From assembly GCA_027064425.1 (NCBI GenBank), contig JAMOPO010000027.1, forward strand, positions 64,001 through 128,000: a DNA stretch of 64,000 nt, in the 5' to 3' direction. Under the pieces are notes generated by a model, which made no database searches, had not been told where the DNA came from, and saw only the letters and a list, made by a program, of their open reading frames with translations. Position 1 is the first letter of the stretch. Each line of letters starts with the position of its first letter. The DNA comes from Methanobacteriota archaeon (GTDB lineage Archaea > JAADCQ01 > Methanopyri > Methanopyrales > Methanopyraceae). Shown piece by piece: positions 20,213 to 29,130 of the stretch. The translations under genes were made by a program, and so were the position numbers.

Positions 20213-22185
20213 GCGCGGAGCGGGTGTACGTCCTGGTGAACGTGCCCGGAACGTTCTCGCTGGAGGATGACTGGGCGAAGGTCTTCATCACGGCCGCGTC
20301 GCTGGCCCGATCCAACGGTCCGTCGGTCGTTCCGGTCCCGGTGCAGGGACCGTTGGGACCGCTGGAGCTCCGGCTGCTGAACGAGCCGTCCCGCGTGCTC
20401 ACGTACGGCGTCTCTACGGTCAGGCCCGGCTGGGAGCGGCTCCCGGACACCGTGGAGGAGGCCTGCGCCCGGGTGGTGAACGCGGCGAGGGAGGCGGGTG
20501 TGCGGGTGGACTTCCTCCTCTGCCTGGACCGGGCGAACGTGCTGCCGGCGTTGGAGCTGGCCCCGGTGGTGGCCAAGCAGTGTGGGGCGATCGTGTGGGG
20601 AGACCCGACGGTGTACCTCCGGAGCGTGCCGGGGGTACCGGTGCTGACGCTGGACGAGTACCTGCGGCGGTTCTCGGGGGCGAAGGTGTCCGTCCGCGCG
20701 GTCGCCGCGGCGACCCCACCTGGTCCGGGCAACCCGAACCCGATGACCCTGGCCGCGGTCCTGTTCGCGTGCCTGCGGCCCGCGGTCTTGGGGCTGGTGA
20801 GCCCCTCGAGCGACCCGAGCAAGGTGGTAGGTGAGGTCCGGGGCCGGCTGAGGTCCGTGTACGGGGTCGACGTCGACTCCCGGGACGTCAGGTACCTGGT
20901 CGTGTTCGGCGCGGAGTTCGCGGAGCTGAAGCCGCCGAGGGGCCTCGTCGTAGCGGCGTTCCCGTTCCGGGGCGTGCCCGGGTTCTTGGCGGCGTGCCGG
21001 ATGATCCTGGCGGGGCTGACCGACGGCGAGCCGTGCCCCGTGCTGCTTTACGACCCGAGGAGTCGGTGGGTGCGGTACGAGCCGCGGCTGAGGGAGTGCG
21101 TTCAGGTCTCGGTGCTCAGGGTGTCCGACGTGGCGGCGCTGAACGTGGGGCTGGCCTCGCACCCGTGCGCGGTCGTGGACGCGAGCGAGGTGGCGACCGC
21201 GCCCGCGGGTCAGGGGGCTCAGCCCTCCCAGGCTCAGCAGCAGGGTCAGCGGGGGAGGACGGGCGGGCAGGCGCAGTCGCAGCGGGCCCAGCAGACCGGT
21301 CAGCAGCAACCGGCCCAGCCGGGCGGGCAGGCTCCGGCTCCGGGCGCCCCCTCGGGTCCGACGTCCTGGCTGGGGGCGCTGGACTCTCAGGGGAGGTGCG
21401 CGCTGTTCCTGGCGGCGAGCCCGAACGTGATCCGGCAGGCCCAGTCGTTCGCGACCCCGAACGGGTACCCGAAGTTCTCGTCCGTGGCCGCGTTCGTGAG
21501 CCCGGTGGGCGCCCTGCTGGCCTACCTGTTCGCGGCGGCCGGGTACGAGCTGGGGGAGGCCGTCCAGTGGGCGTCGTGGGTGCTGGAGGTGCTCCGGGAG
21601 CGCGGGTGCGGGGAGGGTGGGTTGGCGAACCCGGCCTACGTGCTGATCGGTGACCCGTTCCGGCGGTTCCGGGCGGTGCTCGAGTACCCGCTGCCGGGCT
21701 TGAAACCGGGATCCGTCGTCGTGAGCGTCTCGCCGGCGTTTCTGGTGCCCTTCGGTCGGTACTGGCTGCTTCCATTGGTGCTGCCGGGGTTCGTCGTCGG
21801 GCTGTGGGAGATCCCGAGGGACAACGACTGGATGGTGGTGGCCGAGGGGCTGGACTTCGTGCGGTTCCGGCTGGGGTCTCGGGAGTTCTCGGTGAGCGCC
21901 ATCCTGGCGGCGCCGGCGGGCGTGCGATCGTCGTACGCGCTCCCGCTGAACGAATTCAATAAGTACCGCGTGACCGTCGTGGTCGGGCTCGTCCCGCGCT
22001 CGGAGCGGGCTCGTCCGGCCTGGGTGGGGGTTTCGGCTTGCGGGGTCGTGGTCGGGTTAGCATTGTTGCTGGCGGTCAGTGGGGCGACGAGGGGAAGGGT
22101 AAGATCGTCGCGTACCTGGCGGTGCAGGACGAGCCGAGCGTTGTGGCGCGGGCGGGTGTGGGGCCGAACGCGGGTCACACGGTGA
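20149..22185 (+). CDS. Large secreted/surface hypothetical protein with Gln-rich linker and C25/CHAT-like motif
   Basis: Signal peptide [16 protein letters not shown]; QAQQQGQ..AQQTGQQ linker; [16 protein letters not shown]; C-terminal TM overlapping purA; exact start uncertain (20149-20161). Confidence 0.7.
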   Translation: MVVGVRAGVVLLALVAAAVPVSAERVYVLVNVPGTFSLEDDWAKVFITAASLARSNGPSVVPVPVQGPLGPLELRLLNEPSRVLTYGVSTVRPGWERLPDTVEEACARVVNAAREAGVRVDFLLCLDRANVLPALELAPVVAKQCGAIVWGDPTVYLRSVPGVPVLTLDEYLRRFSGAKVSVRAVAAATPPGPGNPNPMTLAAVLFACLRPAVLGLVSPSSDPSKVVGEVRGRLRSVYGVDVDSRDVRYLVVFGAEFAELKPPRGLVVAAFPFRGVPGFLAACRMILAGLTDGEPCPVLLYDPRSRWVRYEPRLRECVQVSVLRVSDVAALNVGLASHPCAVVDASEVATAPAGQGAQPSQAQQQGQRGRTGGQAQSQRAQQTGQQQPAQPGGQAPAPGAPSGPTSWLGALDSQGRCALFLAASPNVIRQAQSFATPNGYPKFSSVAAFVSPVGALLAYLFAAAGYELGEAVQWASWVLEVLRERGCGEGGLANPAYVLIGDPFRRFRAVLEYPLPGLKPGSVVVSVSPAFLVPFGRYWLLPLVLPGFVVGLWEIPRDNDWMVVAEGLDFVRFRLGSREFSVSAILAAPAGVRSSYALPLNEFNKYRVTVVVGLVPRSERARPAWVGVSACGVVVGLALLLAVSGATRGRVRSSRTWRCRTSRALWRGRVWGRTRVTR

Positions 22186-23078
22186 GGGTGGACGGGAAGG
22201 AGTACGGGCTGAGGCAGATCCCGTGCGGGTTCCCGTACGAGGACGCGCAGCTGGCGATAGGGCCCGGGGTGCTGGTGAACCCGGAGGTCCTGTTGGACGA
22301 GGTGGACCGGCTGTCCGAGTTTCGGGTGAAGGAGCGGCTGGTGGTGGACGAGCGGTGCGCGATCATCGAGGAGAAGCACATAGAGGCGGAGCTGAAGTCC
22401 AAGCACCTCTCGGACGAGATCGACACGACGAAGACGGGCTGCGGGCCGGCGAACGCGGACCGGGCGCTGCGCAAGGCGAAGCTGGCGAGGGACGTGGACG
22501 AGCTGGAGGAGTTCCTCGGCGACGTGCCCGGGCTGGTCAACGAGTGCGTGGACGAGGGTGAGGACGTGCTGGTGGAGGGGACGCAGGGCTTTGGGCTGTC
22601 TCTGTACCACGGGATCGAGTACCCGTACGTGACGAGCAAGGACACGACGGCGAGCGCCTTCGCGGCGGACGTGGGGATCGGTCCGACGCGGGTGGACGAG
22701 GTTTACGTGGTCTTCAAGGCGTACGCGACGCGGGTGGGTGAGGGCCCCTTCCCGACGGAGCTCAGCCGGGAGGAGGTGGTGGAGAAGTTCGGTGAGGAGC
22801 TGCTGGAGGTGGAGCGCGGTACGGTGACCGGGCGGCCGAGGCGGATCGGTGAGTTCGACTTCGAGATGGCCCGGCGGGCGTGCGTGATCAACGGGGCGAC
22901 CCAGGTCGCGATCACGTGCATCGACCGACGGTTCCCGGATGCGGCGGAGGCTGAGACGTGGGGTGAGCTGCCCCGGGAGGCGAAGAAGTTCGTGGAGAAG
23001 GTGGAGGAGGCGGTGGGCGTGCCGGTGACGCTGATCTCCACGGGGCCCGAGCTGGAGCACACGGTGGACCTCAGGTAG
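22038..23078 (+). CDS. purA: Adenylosuccinate synthetase (short archaeal type)
   Basis: [38 protein letters not shown]. Confidence 0.96.
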   Translation: MRGRGRVSIVAGGQWGDEGKGKIVAYLAVQDEPSVVARAGVGPNAGHTVRVDGKEYGLRQIPCGFPYEDAQLAIGPGVLVNPEVLLDEVDRLSEFRVKERLVVDERCAIIEEKHIEAELKSKHLSDEIDTTKTGCGPANADRALRKAKLARDVDELEEFLGDVPGLVNECVDEGEDVLVEGTQGFGLSLYHGIEYPYVTSKDTTASAFAADVGIGPTRVDEVYVVFKAYATRVGEGPFPTELSREEVVEKFGEELLEVERGTVTGRPRRIGEFDFEMARRACVINGATQVAITCIDRRFPDAAEAETWGELPREAKKFVEKVEEAVGVPVTLISTGPELEHTVDLR

Positions 23079-23085
23079 CCTTTCC

Positions 23086-24384
23086 TTACTCAGACTCCAG
23101 CCTTTTCAGGACCTCGCGGGCCCGGTCCGTGACCGGCACCCGGACCACCTCGTACCGCTCCCTCTCCTCCACCGGCGCCGTCGCGTCGAAGATCGCCTTC
23201 GCCATGATCCCTTCCTCGCTGGACGGATCGAGCGTCGAGCCGAGCCCGCGCACGACGTGCAGGTCCCGGTCGGCCTGGAAGCGGGTGGACAGGGCGTACT
23301 CGACCTCCTCCGGGTCGTCCGGGTCGATGTCCTCGTCCACCACGATCACGTGCTTGAGGCTCGGGTGAGCGGCCAAGGCGGCGAGGCCCGCGTTCACGGC
23401 CTCCCCCTCCGTCCGCTTCCGGATCGAGATGACCGCCTGAAGCCACCGTCCACCGCCCGGGGTCAGCCGAACCTTCTTCACCTCGCACACCCGGGAGACG
23501 TGCGCCAGGATGGTCGCCTCCGCCGGTCCGCCCATCATGATCCGGTGCTCCTCGCCGCCGGGCAGGATCACGGTCGGCGTGAAGTCCTCGCGCGCGTACA
23601 CCTTCTCCACGACCAGGACCGGCTCCTTCCGGCGCTCGTCCAGGGTCCTCGTGACGTCGACGAACGGCCCCTCGGGCGCTCGCTCGTCCACGAGCCGGCC
23701 CACCATCACGACCTCGCTCTCGGCGGGCACGGGCAGGTCGTAGTCCACCTCGTGCACGCGGAAGTCGTCCCAGAAGGCGGCCGCGACCTCCAGCTCGTCC
23801 ACGTCGTAGGGCACCCGGGCGCAGCACGCGAACATGGTCCTCGGATCCACTCCCAGGCACACGGCCACGGGCAGGTCGCGGCCGGACCGCTCGTAGTACC
23901 GGTACAGGTGCCGGGGCACGATCCGCACGGCGAACCGGCCGTCGCCCAGGTACATCATCCGGTGGACCGAGGCGTTGGGCGTGCCCTTCTCGGGCTCGCG
24001 CGCGATGATCAGGGAGGTGGTCAGGTAGGGGCCGCCGTCCGTCTCGTAGAATCGGCACATGGGGAGCTCCTCGTCCAGGAACTCGGGGCCGTGCTCGGCC
24101 TCCAGGAAGGCGGGGGAGGGGTCCTTTCCGGGCCGCTCGGGGTTCTCCATGGCCTCGGCCAGGCGACGCAGGACGTCGTCCCAGGAGTCGACGCCGAGCG
24201 CCTCCGCCAGGTATCGGCGTCGGGCGCAGAGGTTGCCAAGGAGGGGAGCCTCGTACCCCCTCACCCGCTCGAAGAGCACCGGTCGGTCCAGCTCCTGCAG
24301 CACGGCGGGGATGTCGTACCTCGGCGAGAGCTCCTCTCGCACGGTCACCAGCTCGTCCTCGACAACCTTAAGGAAGTCCCGCAC
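23086..24384 (-). CDS. UbiD-family decarboxylase (probable anhydromevalonate phosphate decarboxylase)
   Basis: DGGPY, NASVHR, EGPF, PGGEEH, KHVIVVDEDID, GSTLDPS. Confidence 0.88.
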   Translation of the reverse strand: MRDFLKVVEDELVTVREELSPRYDIPAVLQELDRPVLFERVRGYEAPLLGNLCARRRYLAEALGVDSWDDVLRRLAEAMENPERPGKDPSPAFLEAEHGPEFLDEELPMCRFYETDGGPYLTTSLIIAREPEKGTPNASVHRMMYLGDGRFAVRIVPRHLYRYYERSGRDLPVAVCLGVDPRTMFACCARVPYDVDELEVAAAFWDDFRVHEVDYDLPVPAESEVVMVGRLVDERAPEGPFVDVTRTLDERRKEPVLVVEKVYAREDFTPTVILPGGEEHRIMMGGPAEATILAHVSRVCEVKKVRLTPGGGRWLQAVISIRKRTEGEAVNAGLAALAAHPSLKHVIVVDEDIDPDDPEEVEYALSTRFQADRDLHVVRGLGSTLDPSSEEGIMAKAIFDATAPVEERERYEVVRVPVTDRAREVLKRLESE

Positions 24385-24395
24385 GCCCAGGCCCC

Positions 24396-24452
24396 CGGGA
24401 TGAAGAGGAAGTCCCGGACCGAGGGGTGAGGACCGGGACGCGGGCGGACCCG
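24396..24452 (+). ncRNA. C/D box sRNA candidate antisense to the npdG-ubiD junction
   Basis: GGG-C ATGAAGA (24400-06), guide GGAAGTCCCGGA, D' CCGA (24419-22), C' GTGAGGA (24426-32), guide CCGGGACGCGGG, D CGGA (24445-48)-CCC. Confidence 0.75.
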
Positions 24453-24453
24453 C

Positions 24454-25128
24454 CTACTCGAGTCCCGTGAATCGGATCCCGATGCTCTTCTCCCCGTACC
24501 GCTGGTTCAGGCTGATCAGCAGGGCGGTTATGGCCTCCACGATCCGGGCGTTGGCGAGCGGCCCACCGTCGATCGCCCGCACGCCGGGGATGTCCTCCGC
24601 GAGCTCCATCACCGTCTCCTTCGCGTCCTCGTCGTCGGAGCAGACGACCACGTCGCACTCGACCTCTCGGTCCAGGTCCTGGAGCAGCTCCGCCGAGACG
24701 TTCTCGAAGGCCGAGACGACGGGCTGGTCCAGCAGGGACTGAACGGTCTCCGCGGCCGAGCCCTCCCACGGGGTGACCAGCCGGGTCGGCCGGCCGCCGA
24801 TGGCGGTCTCCAGCGGCACGGTCACGTCCACGACGATCGCGTCCTCCGGGAGCGAGTCACGGAGCCCCTTGACCGTCTCGATCACCGCGAAGAAGGGGAC
24901 CGTCAGGAAGACCACGTCCGCGTCCGAGACGGCCTCCTCGTTCTCCCTCCCCTCCACGGTCGCGTCCCCGTACCCGTGCCCGGACAGGATCTCCCTCGCC
25001 TTCTCGGCGGCCTTGAGCGCCCGTTCCTCCTCCCGGGATCCGATCACGACCTCATGACCCGCGGCCGCGAACCTGAGGGCCAGGCCGAACCCCTGGTCGC
25101 CGGTGCCTCCGACGAGCGCGATGCGCAT
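24454..25128 (-). CDS. npdG: F420H2:NADP+ oxidoreductase
   Basis: IALVGGTGDQGFGLALR, IGSR, VTVPL, GSAAE, AFENVSA, DGGPLANARIVE. Confidence 0.93.
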   Translation of the reverse strand: MRIALVGGTGDQGFGLALRFAAAGHEVVIGSREEERALKAAEKAREILSGHGYGDATVEGRENEEAVSDADVVFLTVPFFAVIETVKGLRDSLPEDAIVVDVTVPLETAIGGRPTRLVTPWEGSAAETVQSLLDQPVVSAFENVSAELLQDLDREVECDVVVCSDDEDAKETVMELAEDIPGVRAIDGGPLANARIVEAITALLISLNQRYGEKSIGIRFTGLE

Positions 25129-25182
25129 CGTGCACCCCTCCGTCGGACCTCGAGGACGGGGTTTTAGGGGTGCCGGATCCGG

Positions 25183-25938
25183 TTAGAACAGCTGGAGGGC
25201 GTTGTCACGAACGACGGCCTCCACGTCGTCGAACCCCCTCCGCTCGAGCTCGAGGGCTACCTCGGCCACGGCGAGCACGTTGCTGGGCGCCCGGGACGCG
25301 TCGCTGTTGATCAGGATCCGGTCCGAGTCCTCCCGGTGCTCGAGGACCATCTCGACGGCCTCCTCGACGGTGGCCTTGCCCGGCTGAACGGTGATACCGG
25401 CGTTGAAGCCCTCACCGAGCACGGCGTCCAGGAACTTCTCGTCCAGGTGATCCACCACGACCAGCTCGGGGTCCGCGTCCGACTCCTTAACCGTCTCAAG
25501 GATCCGGGAGATGACCTTCGGGTCCCGGCTGCGCGGGGTGTGGACGACGACGGGCACGTCCTCGGTGGCGGCGAGGTCGAGCTGCTCTCGCAGGACCTCG
25601 ACCTCTTGATCCGTGGCCTTCTCCAGCCCGACCTCCCCGACGGCGTCGATGTCGTCGAGGCGGGACTCCAGGGCCCGCAGGGCCTCCTCGATCCCCTGCT
25701 CCGGGACGGCGCGCGGGTGAATCCCGAGCCCGATTCGGGCGTCGACCAGGTACTCCGAGGCGTCCTCGGCCGCGGACTGGACGGCCTCCCAGTGCCCCAT
25801 CAGGGCCTCGTGGTTTCGGAAGGGCATGGGGTCGTGGGCCAGGGTAAGCACGTAGCGGATCCCAGCGAGGCTCATGCGCCTGACGTCGTCCTCCGGCCGC
25901 ACGTCCAGGTGCACGTGCGAGTCGAACTTCGCGAGCAT
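25183..25938 (-). CDS. TatD-family metal-dependent hydrolase
   Basis: DSHVH, GIHP, AVGEVGL, VHTP, VDH, INSD. Confidence 0.88.
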   Translation of the reverse strand: MLAKFDSHVHLDVRPEDDVRRMSLAGIRYVLTLAHDPMPFRNHEALMGHWEAVQSAAEDASEYLVDARIGLGIHPRAVPEQGIEEALRALESRLDDIDAVGEVGLEKATDQEVEVLREQLDLAATEDVPVVVHTPRSRDPKVISRILETVKESDADPELVVVDHLDEKFLDAVLGEGFNAGITVQPGKATVEEAVEMVLEHREDSDRILINSDASRAPSNVLAVAEVALELERRGFDDVEAVVRDNALQLF

Positions 25939-25961
25939 GGCCGGCGGGCGCCCCTTTCCTA

Positions 25962-25973
25962 GAGTTTAAATAC
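25962..25973. promoter_or_regulatory. TATA box (TTTAAATA) between divergent TatD-family and regulator genes
   Basis: TTTAAATA at 25965-25972 in an otherwise GC-rich intergenic region. Confidence 0.65.
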
Positions 25974-26006
25974 GCGGGAGCGGCCCTCGGCTGGGGGGTG
26001 CGCCCG

Positions 26007-26555
26007 ATGACCGAGCCGGTCGAGGAGGTTATCGACCTCTCGGAGATTCCATTCCAGCCGATGGACAAGCAGGAGATCCACCAGCTGGAGACCGTGCTGC
26101 TGGTCGCGACGCTCTTCCGGCCCAAGGTGCTGGAGATGATTCATGAGCAGAAGTTCCTGACCTGGGTGGACTCGCTGGCGGTCGCGGCGGCCGCGCTGGC
26201 CCGGCAGAAGGCCGGGTACACGGTCGCGGAGATCGCGGAGGAGCTGGGGCGCACGGAGACTACGATCCGGAAGCACCTGCAGGGTGAGACGAAGGCGGGC
26301 GAGCTGATCCAGGAGACTTACGACATGCTGAAGAGCGGAGAGCTCAAGATCGTGACCGGTAAGGAGGAGGTGGAGGAGAAGCTGAAGGCGGAGGAAGAGG
26401 AGCTGGAGCGGCTGCGCTCTAAGGTGAGCGACGTGGCCTCCTCGCTGAACCGGGTGGCGGAGAGCCTGCGCGAGTGCCGGTCCTCGATGGACGATGCGAT
26501 CGAGGAGCTGGAGGGCGTGGTGGACGAGCTGAGGGACCTCAGCGAGAGCGAGTAG
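26007..26555 (+). CDS. HTH transcriptional regulator of the KaiC-associated family (COG1318-like) with C-terminal coiled coil
   Basis: LTWVDSLAVAAAALAR..AG..IAEELGRTETTIRKHLQGETKAG; heptad-like acidic tail. Confidence 0.8.
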   Translation: MTEPVEEVIDLSEIPFQPMDKQEIHQLETVLLVATLFRPKVLEMIHEQKFLTWVDSLAVAAAALARQKAGYTVAEIAEELGRTETTIRKHLQGETKAGELIQETYDMLKSGELKIVTGKEEVEEKLKAEEEELERLRSKVSDVASSLNRVAESLRECRSSMDDAIEELEGVVDELRDLSESE

Positions 26556-27171
26556 CCTCCCGGAGCCCGCGAAGCCGCTTACGCAGCCCCTCCAGGTACT
26601 CCTCCACCTTCTCCTCGTCCACGGGCTGTTTCCAGGAGCCCGCCAGCATGCACTTGGGCTCGGAGCCGCGCACGGACACGCGCCGTTCGATCAGCCCCTC
26701 GTACACCTCCTTCTTTTCCAGGTCCCAGACCGGGGCCAGGTACTCGACGCCGTACTCCTTGCACATCTCCTCCCAGAACTCCTTGGCGGCGGGCGTCTGC
26801 TCGGGGTAGTCTCGGGAGCGGCGGTCTCCGGTCACGATCACGTCCGGCTTCAGCTTCTCGAGCGCGTGGTACAGCATGCAAAACTTGCAGTCCAGGCACA
26901 CCGGGTTCCACCCGAACCTCAGGATCCTGCGCTCGAGCCCGCGCAGGCCCCAGCGGTGGAAGATCCCGTGCACGTCGAACACGCGCCACTCCAGCTCACA
27001 CTCCACCCGACGGCGGACCTGAGAGTAGTTGATCTTCGCCTTCTCGACGTTCAGCAGCACGCCGTTATCGTACGTGGCGAGGAGCATACGGTCCGGCTCC
27101 AGCTCCTCCCAGGCGAGCAGGGCGGCCAGGACGGAGTCAGGGCCACCGGAGAACAGGACGACGACGCGCAT
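26539..27171 (-). CDS. PP-loop ATPase (QueC-like adenine nucleotide alpha hydrolase)
   Basis: VLFSGGPDS, CLDC, YPEQ, EPKC. Confidence 0.75.
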   Translation of the reverse strand: MRVVVLFSGGPDSVLAALLAWEELEPDRMLLATYDNGVLLNVEKAKINYSQVRRRVECELEWRVFDVHGIFHRWGLRGLERRILRFGWNPVCLDCKFCMLYHALEKLKPDVIVTGDRRSRDYPEQTPAAKEFWEEMCKEYGVEYLAPVWDLEKKEVYEGLIERRVSVRGSEPKCMLAGSWKQPVDEEKVEEYLEGLRKRLRGLREATRSR

Positions 27172-27183
27172 TCCGGGACCCCT

Positions 27184-28362
27184 TCAGGACACCTCGAGCC
27201 CGTGCTCCTCGGCGATCTCGTGGAAGGCCTCGATCACCCGCTCCACCTGCTCCTCGGAGAGGCCGTACACGCTCAGCTTGATCGTCTTCGTCTGGCCGGG
27301 CTGGATCCCCGTGATCCCGCGCTCCTTGAGCTCCTCGTACAGGAAGTACCCCTTCCTCGGGTGCTCACGGGCGATCTTGTCGAACCCCGGGGTCTCAAAC
27401 TTCACGAGATCGTGCCGCTTGGGCCGCTCACCCAGCTGGCGGACGCCCTCGATCCGCTCGAGTTCCTCCACGAGCCAGCGCGTCTTCTCGACCTCCTCCT
27501 TCCACCTCTTGACGCGCTCGACCACGTGCGGGAAGCTGGCCATCATGGTGACGATCGGTGCGCCCATCACCGTGCAGCCGAGCAGCTCCACCTCCTTGTG
27601 CGGCCAGCTTCGCCCGGAGAAGTCGCCCTTCACTGAGGACCCGCGGAGCACCTCCTCCGCCCACTCCTCCCGCATCGCGAGGACGCCGCAGGGCGCACAG
27701 GCGGCCATGCCCTTGTGCCCGCTGCCGATCATGAAGTCCGGCTTGGGCTTGAGCTTGGAGAGGTCCATGCGTCCCATCGTGTAGGCGCAGTTGAGGACGC
27801 AGGGCACGCCCCGCTTTCGGCAGATCTTGATGAACTTCTCCGCGTCGGCCAGGTTCCCGTACTCGCTGTCCACGTGGGTGAGCAGCGCGAGCGCCGGCGG
27901 GTCCCCGGTCTCGTCCTCCACCTCGTCGAAGATCCGCTCGTACTCCTCCACCTTGACCCGGTACTCCGGGTGGCCCGTGTGCGGGACCTCCCGGACCTTC
28001 ACTCCCCATCGCTCCGCGGCGAGGAAGGTGGTGTAGTGGGCCAGGGCGTCGACGACCATGACGTCCCCCTCCTCGCACAGGGCCCCCACGACGGCCTCCT
28101 TCGAGTACCGGGCGCCGGCGGTCACGCGCGCGACGTCCATGCCCAGAAACTCGGCCAGATCCTCGTGGAACTGCTTGATCGGCGGCTTCTCGACCTCGTG
28201 AAGCAGGCCCTCGCAGAAGTCGCACACGCTGTACCCGTCGCCGAACTCGATGAGCGCCTTCTTGGCCTCGGGGGTGAGGACGCCGCCCCGCTGGATCGGG
28301 TTCACGTTGATGTATCGCCGCTCCGTGTCGCGGACGAGCCGGCGGTAGGCGTCCAGGTTCAC
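27184..28362 (-). CDS. pscS: O-phospho-L-seryl-tRNA:Cys-tRNA synthase (SepCysS)
   Basis: INVNPIQRGGVLT, DGYSVCDFC, AHYT, YGNL, LNCAY, GSGHK (PLP lysine), ELLGCT. Confidence 0.95.
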   Translation of the reverse strand: MNLDAYRRLVRDTERRYINVNPIQRGGVLTPEAKKALIEFGDGYSVCDFCEGLLHEVEKPPIKQFHEDLAEFLGMDVARVTAGARYSKEAVVGALCEEGDVMVVDALAHYTTFLAAERWGVKVREVPHTGHPEYRVKVEEYERIFDEVEDETGDPPALALLTHVDSEYGNLADAEKFIKICRKRGVPCVLNCAYTMGRMDLSKLKPKPDFMIGSGHKGMAACAPCGVLAMREEWAEEVLRGSSVKGDFSGRSWPHKEVELLGCTVMGAPIVTMMASFPHVVERVKRWKEEVEKTRWLVEELERIEGVRQLGERPKRHDLVKFETPGFDKIAREHPRKGYFLYEELKERGITGIQPGQTKTIKLSVYGLSEEQVERVIEAFHEIAEEHGLEVS

Positions 28363-28374
28363 GGGGCCGCCCCC

Positions 28375-28803
28375 TCAGAGGTCGACCACGTACTCGGCGA
28401 CCCACCGGTCGTCCTCTCGCTCGACCCGCATGTTGTGGTACGTGATCGCCTTGACCTCGGTGTGGAACGGGTGCCGGTCCGGGTCGTAAGGCTCCCCCTT
28501 CGCCGTACCGACCAGCCGCCACCCCTCGTCCGTCTCCTCCAGCTCCTCGACCTCGAACTCGGAGAACAGGAGGCCCTCCACCTCGTGCTGGAAGTGGATC
28601 TCCTCGAGCCAGTCGTGCAGTAGCTCCACCTCGTCCTCCGCCTCGGTCACCTCGATCCTCACCTCCTCCCTCGGCTCGACCGCGTCGAGGTCCGTGATCA
28701 GGTCGAAGAGCGCCTTGGCCGCGTCGACGAGCAGCTCCTCCAGCGAGTCCGCCCACACGCGGAAGGCCGCGTCCGCGGTGTGCTCGATCTCCTCCCAGGG
28801 CAC
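28375..28803 (-). CDS. Archease
   Basis: GTG 28803; EHTAD, VKAITYH, YVVDL. Confidence 0.93.
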   Translation of the reverse strand: MPWEEIEHTADAAFRVWADSLEELLVDAAKALFDLITDLDAVEPREEVRIEVTEAEDEVELLHDWLEEIHFQHEVEGLLFSEFEVEELEETDEGWRLVGTAKGEPYDPDRHPFHTEVKAITYHNMRVEREDDRWVAEYVVDL

Positions 28804-28875
28804 TTGGAGCGCCCCCGGCCCGCGGAGGGAAAATACGAAAGAAATCCTTCGGTCGCCCGTGGGGGGCCGCCTCGC

Positions 28876-29130
28876 ATGTGTCTGGCCATTCCAGGGAAGA
28901 TCGTGGAGCTGCAGGGCGACCGAGCGATCGTGGACTTCGGAGGCGTGAAGCAGGAGGTGGACGTGAGCCTGCTGGAGGACGTGAAGGAGGGTGACTGGGT
29001 CATCGTGCACACGGGGTTCGCCATTCAGAAGCTCTCCGAGGAGGAGGCGAAGGCGTCCCTGGAGGTGTGGGAGGAGGTGCTCAAGCACGTGGAGGAGGAG
29101 CTGAAGCATGGAGAGGCGGAGGATGGTTGA
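28876..29130 (+). CDS. hypC: Hydrogenase maturation chaperone
   Basis: MCLAIPGKI..VDFGGVK..GDWVIVHTGFAI. Confidence 0.96.
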   Translation: MCLAIPGKIVELQGDRAIVDFGGVKQEVDVSLLEDVKEGDWVIVHTGFAIQKLSEEEAKASLEVWEEVLKHVEEELKHGEAEDG

